Below are positions 60,546 through 63,423 of a DNA stretch of 63,423 nucleotides, piece by piece; within the stretch, counting starts at the first letter, position 1, and each line of letters starts with the position of its first letter. The DNA is taken from contig CBDANQ010000020.1 in NCBI GenBank assembly GCA_965197725.1, forward strand, positions 1-63,423, in the 5' to 3' direction. The DNA comes from Longimicrobiales bacterium (lineage in GTDB: Bacteria; Gemmatimonadota; Gemmatimonadetes; Longimicrobiales; Gaopeijiaceae). Made by a program: the position numbers and the translations under genes. The notes under the pieces are model-generated. The model did no database searches. It was not told the DNA's origin and worked only from the letters and a program-made list of their open reading frames with translations.

Positions 60546-61829
60546 TCCCAGGCCTCCGTCCGGTATATGACCTGTCCGTCGGCCCGGATCCGGACGCCGG
60601 TAATCGGATTCCGGTGATAGGGACCCGAGTAGGGCCCTCGCGCATCGATGAACTCGCGCAGACTCGGCTGCACGTATCCCGTCTCGTCAACAGCGCGGCT
60701 CATGACCGTGGTCTCCGCGCCATCCCACCGCCACAGGTATCGGAAGCGGGTGTGAGCCTTCGATAGTACAGGCTCCTGAAGCTCGGCGGCCACCCAGGTG
60801 TCTCCCTCGTCGAAGGACAGCTCGGCTCGCGCGATTCGTCCGCGTCCGCTCCAGGCGAGCCCACCCACTTCGTTCCACCCTTGTTCCACGTGAGCCGGGT
60901 AGCTGGGGTGAGTGATCACCGAGCGGGCGTCCATGACGAAGCTGAACTGACGGGCCTTCCCACCCTTGATCCCTTCGGTGTACTTCGACGTCTCCTCGCG
61001 TGACATGAACGGGCGGTCCGCCAACTCCAGCCGCCGCAGCCACTTCACGCTCGTGTTCCCCTCCCACCCGGGCAGGAGGAGCCGAACCGGATACCCGTTC
61101 GCGGGCCGAATCGCCTCCCCGTTTTGAGCGTAGACGAGCAACGCGTCGTCGTAGGCCTTCTCCAAAGGGACGCTGCGCGAGAGCACCGCTGCGTCCATTC
61201 CCTCCGCAAGGAACCACGAGGCGCCGGCTTGCACGCCGGCCTCATTCAAGACGACCGAAAGCGGGACAACCTGTCCATTCGCTTTGGCTCGTGAGACCGC
61301 AAAGGGACTGAGCGGTGGTCTCCTCAGGCCCGTTGAGCCGTAAGTTGCCCGAGCACTCCAGGAAGCAGATTCGGGTGACGGCCGGTAGGCTCTTCAAGTC
61401 CTGCAGCGAGAAAACAGACGGGCGCTCCACCATTCCGTGGACCAGGAGCTCGTACCGATCCGGATCGATGGTCGGGATGCCACCGTGATGACGCTCATAG
61501 TGGAGATCGGCCGGTGTAATCGTGCCTTCCAGCTCGTGAAGCGGTGTCCTGGACGAGGAGGAGGACGCGTGCTCTCGGACCGGGGTCTCGAAGGCGGAGC
61601 GTGCTCCGGTGTCCCCGGCCGGCGCGCCAGGGACCTTGGTCGGATCCGGTGGGGCTGACGGGACCGAGGGCGCTTCCTGCGCGGCGATGCCCGGGGCCCC
61701 GAGCTCACGTAACGCCGATGCCGCGGCGATCGCCGCCGCACCAGCCAAGAGATCACGTCGAGTGACGTGGGGCACAGGTTCGGGCGCTGCCGACTCAGTC
61801 GGCGGGAGAGCTTCGGGAGTGTCGATCAT
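60542..61829 (-). CDS. soxC: SoxC-type sulfite dehydrogenase molybdoprotein, frameshift near 61265
   Basis: Tat TRRDLL, TPLHELEGTITP, HYERHH, LECSGN, GYPVRL, VKWL, SRAVDETG. Confidence 0.88.
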
Positions 61830-61955
61830 GGTTCCCCCATGTGTTGTGAGCCCCAGCAGAATGCCGTCTGGTCTCAGATGCGGTCAAGCTGACCTACCCT
61901 CGTGCCCGTGGGGTCGCCGGGTCGACGACGTAGGTCGGATGAAGTTGCTCGTCAG

Positions 61956-63423
61956 CTAGCGTGCCCCCCGCAGGAAGCGCACCGCTTCCTGGTAGCCCGC
62001 GAACGATGAGCGGCCCGCCCACACTTCGGTGAGCTGCGTATAGGCTTGGGCTGCGCCCTCTTGGTTTCCAGTGGCGGCGAGCGCCCTGGCCAACCCGAGC
62101 AACGAGCGCGGCCTGTTCGGCATGCGCACGAGGGCGGTCTCGAATTTCTCGGCCGCCTCGGCGGGCCGATCGAGGTCGAGAAGGATCTCTCCGTACAGCT
62201 CGAAAACGGGCTTGATGGGTGACGCGGAGCCCCGCGGCGGCGCCATTTCCAAAATGGCAGCTTCAGCCTGGTCCATGAGGCCCGTGGCCACGCCGGCGTG
62301 TCCCATGCCCGCCTGGAGGAGCGCGCCCGCCATCTGTTGCATGATCTCGGTCGGGCCTCCGCCGGCTCGACCCAGGGCGGCCTCGGCCTGCCTGAGCTTC
62401 GCTTGATCGCCCAGACGCGCGGCACTGAGCGCGGTCGCCAGCAGCTCGTGCGCGGTCGACTCATCCGTGATGGGCAGAATCTTCCAGTCCTCAGTTTCCA
62501 CCGTGTAACGGGCCTTCAACAGGGAGAGCGTGTTGACCGCTCGTGCCACGCCCGCCTGGCCGCGGGGGCCGCCCTCGAGGAAGCCTCCCTCGCTCGACAT
62601 CGCTTCGATCCGCTCGATCCACAAGCGCGCCTTTGCGTAGTCCCCGAGTTGGAGGTCGCCGTACTGACCCCAGTCTAGGGGGTGGATCGCATCACCGAGG
62701 CTGTCGCCGGGCTTCCACAGCGCACGGGCCGCATCGTAGGAGGACTGGTTGTTGCTGGAGACGCGGTCCCACATCCCATGCTGAATGAAGATGTGCGTCG
62801 GCATGTGTATCGCGTGCGCGACTTCCGGCGCGATCTCCGAGAAACGGTAAGCAGACTCCAGAGCGAGCGGTGCGTGCTCCGGATCGTCGAAGGAGTGGAT
62901 CGCGTAGTGCGGCGCTCCCGGGTGGTTCGGGTTGTCGGCGAAGAGGCCGAGAGCGATCGTGCCGGCCCGGGACCTTGAGTCGCATGCCCAGGTCGCCTGT
63001 GGCGGCCACCGCGCTCAGAATCGAGAGCGCATAGAAGGCGGCCACCTCGGAGTCGTCCGGATACTGCCCGTAGAGTTCCTCCATCGCCTCCATGTATCCG
63101 ACGCGGCGAGCAACGTGGTCGTCCTCACCCCACAGCACCTCGACAGCGTGCAAGAAGCCCCTCTCACGATCGGTCGGCGCCTTCGCCATACGCTCGGCTT
63201 TGCTCGAACCCAGCCGCTGTAGCACCTTGCGCGGCTCGTCGGGGTTCATCTGCGAGAGCAGCGGGTGGTTGTACGCCAGCGACTCGCCCCAATAGGCCAT
63301 CGCGAAATCCGGATCGAGCGCTTGCGCCTCCTGGAACTGTTCAATGGCCTGATTCCAGCCGAAGCTGTGAAGAATCGCGACGCCGCGAAGGAAGTGCTGC
63401 TCGACATCACCTGTCGAGGAGGT
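61956..63423 (-). CDS. TPR-repeat protein, partial at window end and frameshifted
   Basis: MAYWGE, HYAIHSFD, HMPTHIF, PNRPRSLLGLARA. Confidence 0.75.

Noticed and set aside
1..63423. CRISPR array or integron cassette array
   Set aside because: No regularly spaced repeat-spacer series, cas genes or integron integrase seen.

Overview
High-GC bacterial chromosome segment. The gene set (SUF operon with SufU, bacilliredoxin, Ser/Thr-kinase stub, many lipoproteins) suggests Gemmatimonadota, but that is inference. Housekeeping content: a sufCBD-Rieske-sufSU operon with a Fur/PerR-like box, ogt, D-amino acid dehydrogenase, thiolase, aminotransferase, arginase, ferredoxin, cobalamin adenosyltransferase, ccdA-dsbA, hldD, uppS, soxCD-like genes and tRNA-Asn. 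Mobile DNA: two related 1457-bp IS256 copies with 8-bp target duplications, an IS3 interrupted by an IS30 at its catalytic motif, an integrase-less islet bounded by a 22-bp duplication of the tRNA-Asn 3' end, and a tRNA(CAT) fragment that truncates a large accessory gene. The most interesting locus is a phospholipid cluster at 43.4-47.6 kb. It has a translationally coupled plsC / Tam41(Mmp37)-like CDP-diacylglycerol synthase / PIP-synthase-like operon, divergent from an acetoacetate-decarboxylase-fold gene and a diacylglycerol kinase. Also notable: a Cys-rich MarR-arsM unit with a shared AGTTG-N7-CAACT operator, and an intact DUF1460 amidase embedded in a decayed molybdenum-hydroxylase operon. 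Many genes carry frameshifts, which may be long-read errors. All protein calls come from motif recognition by eye; no database searches were run.
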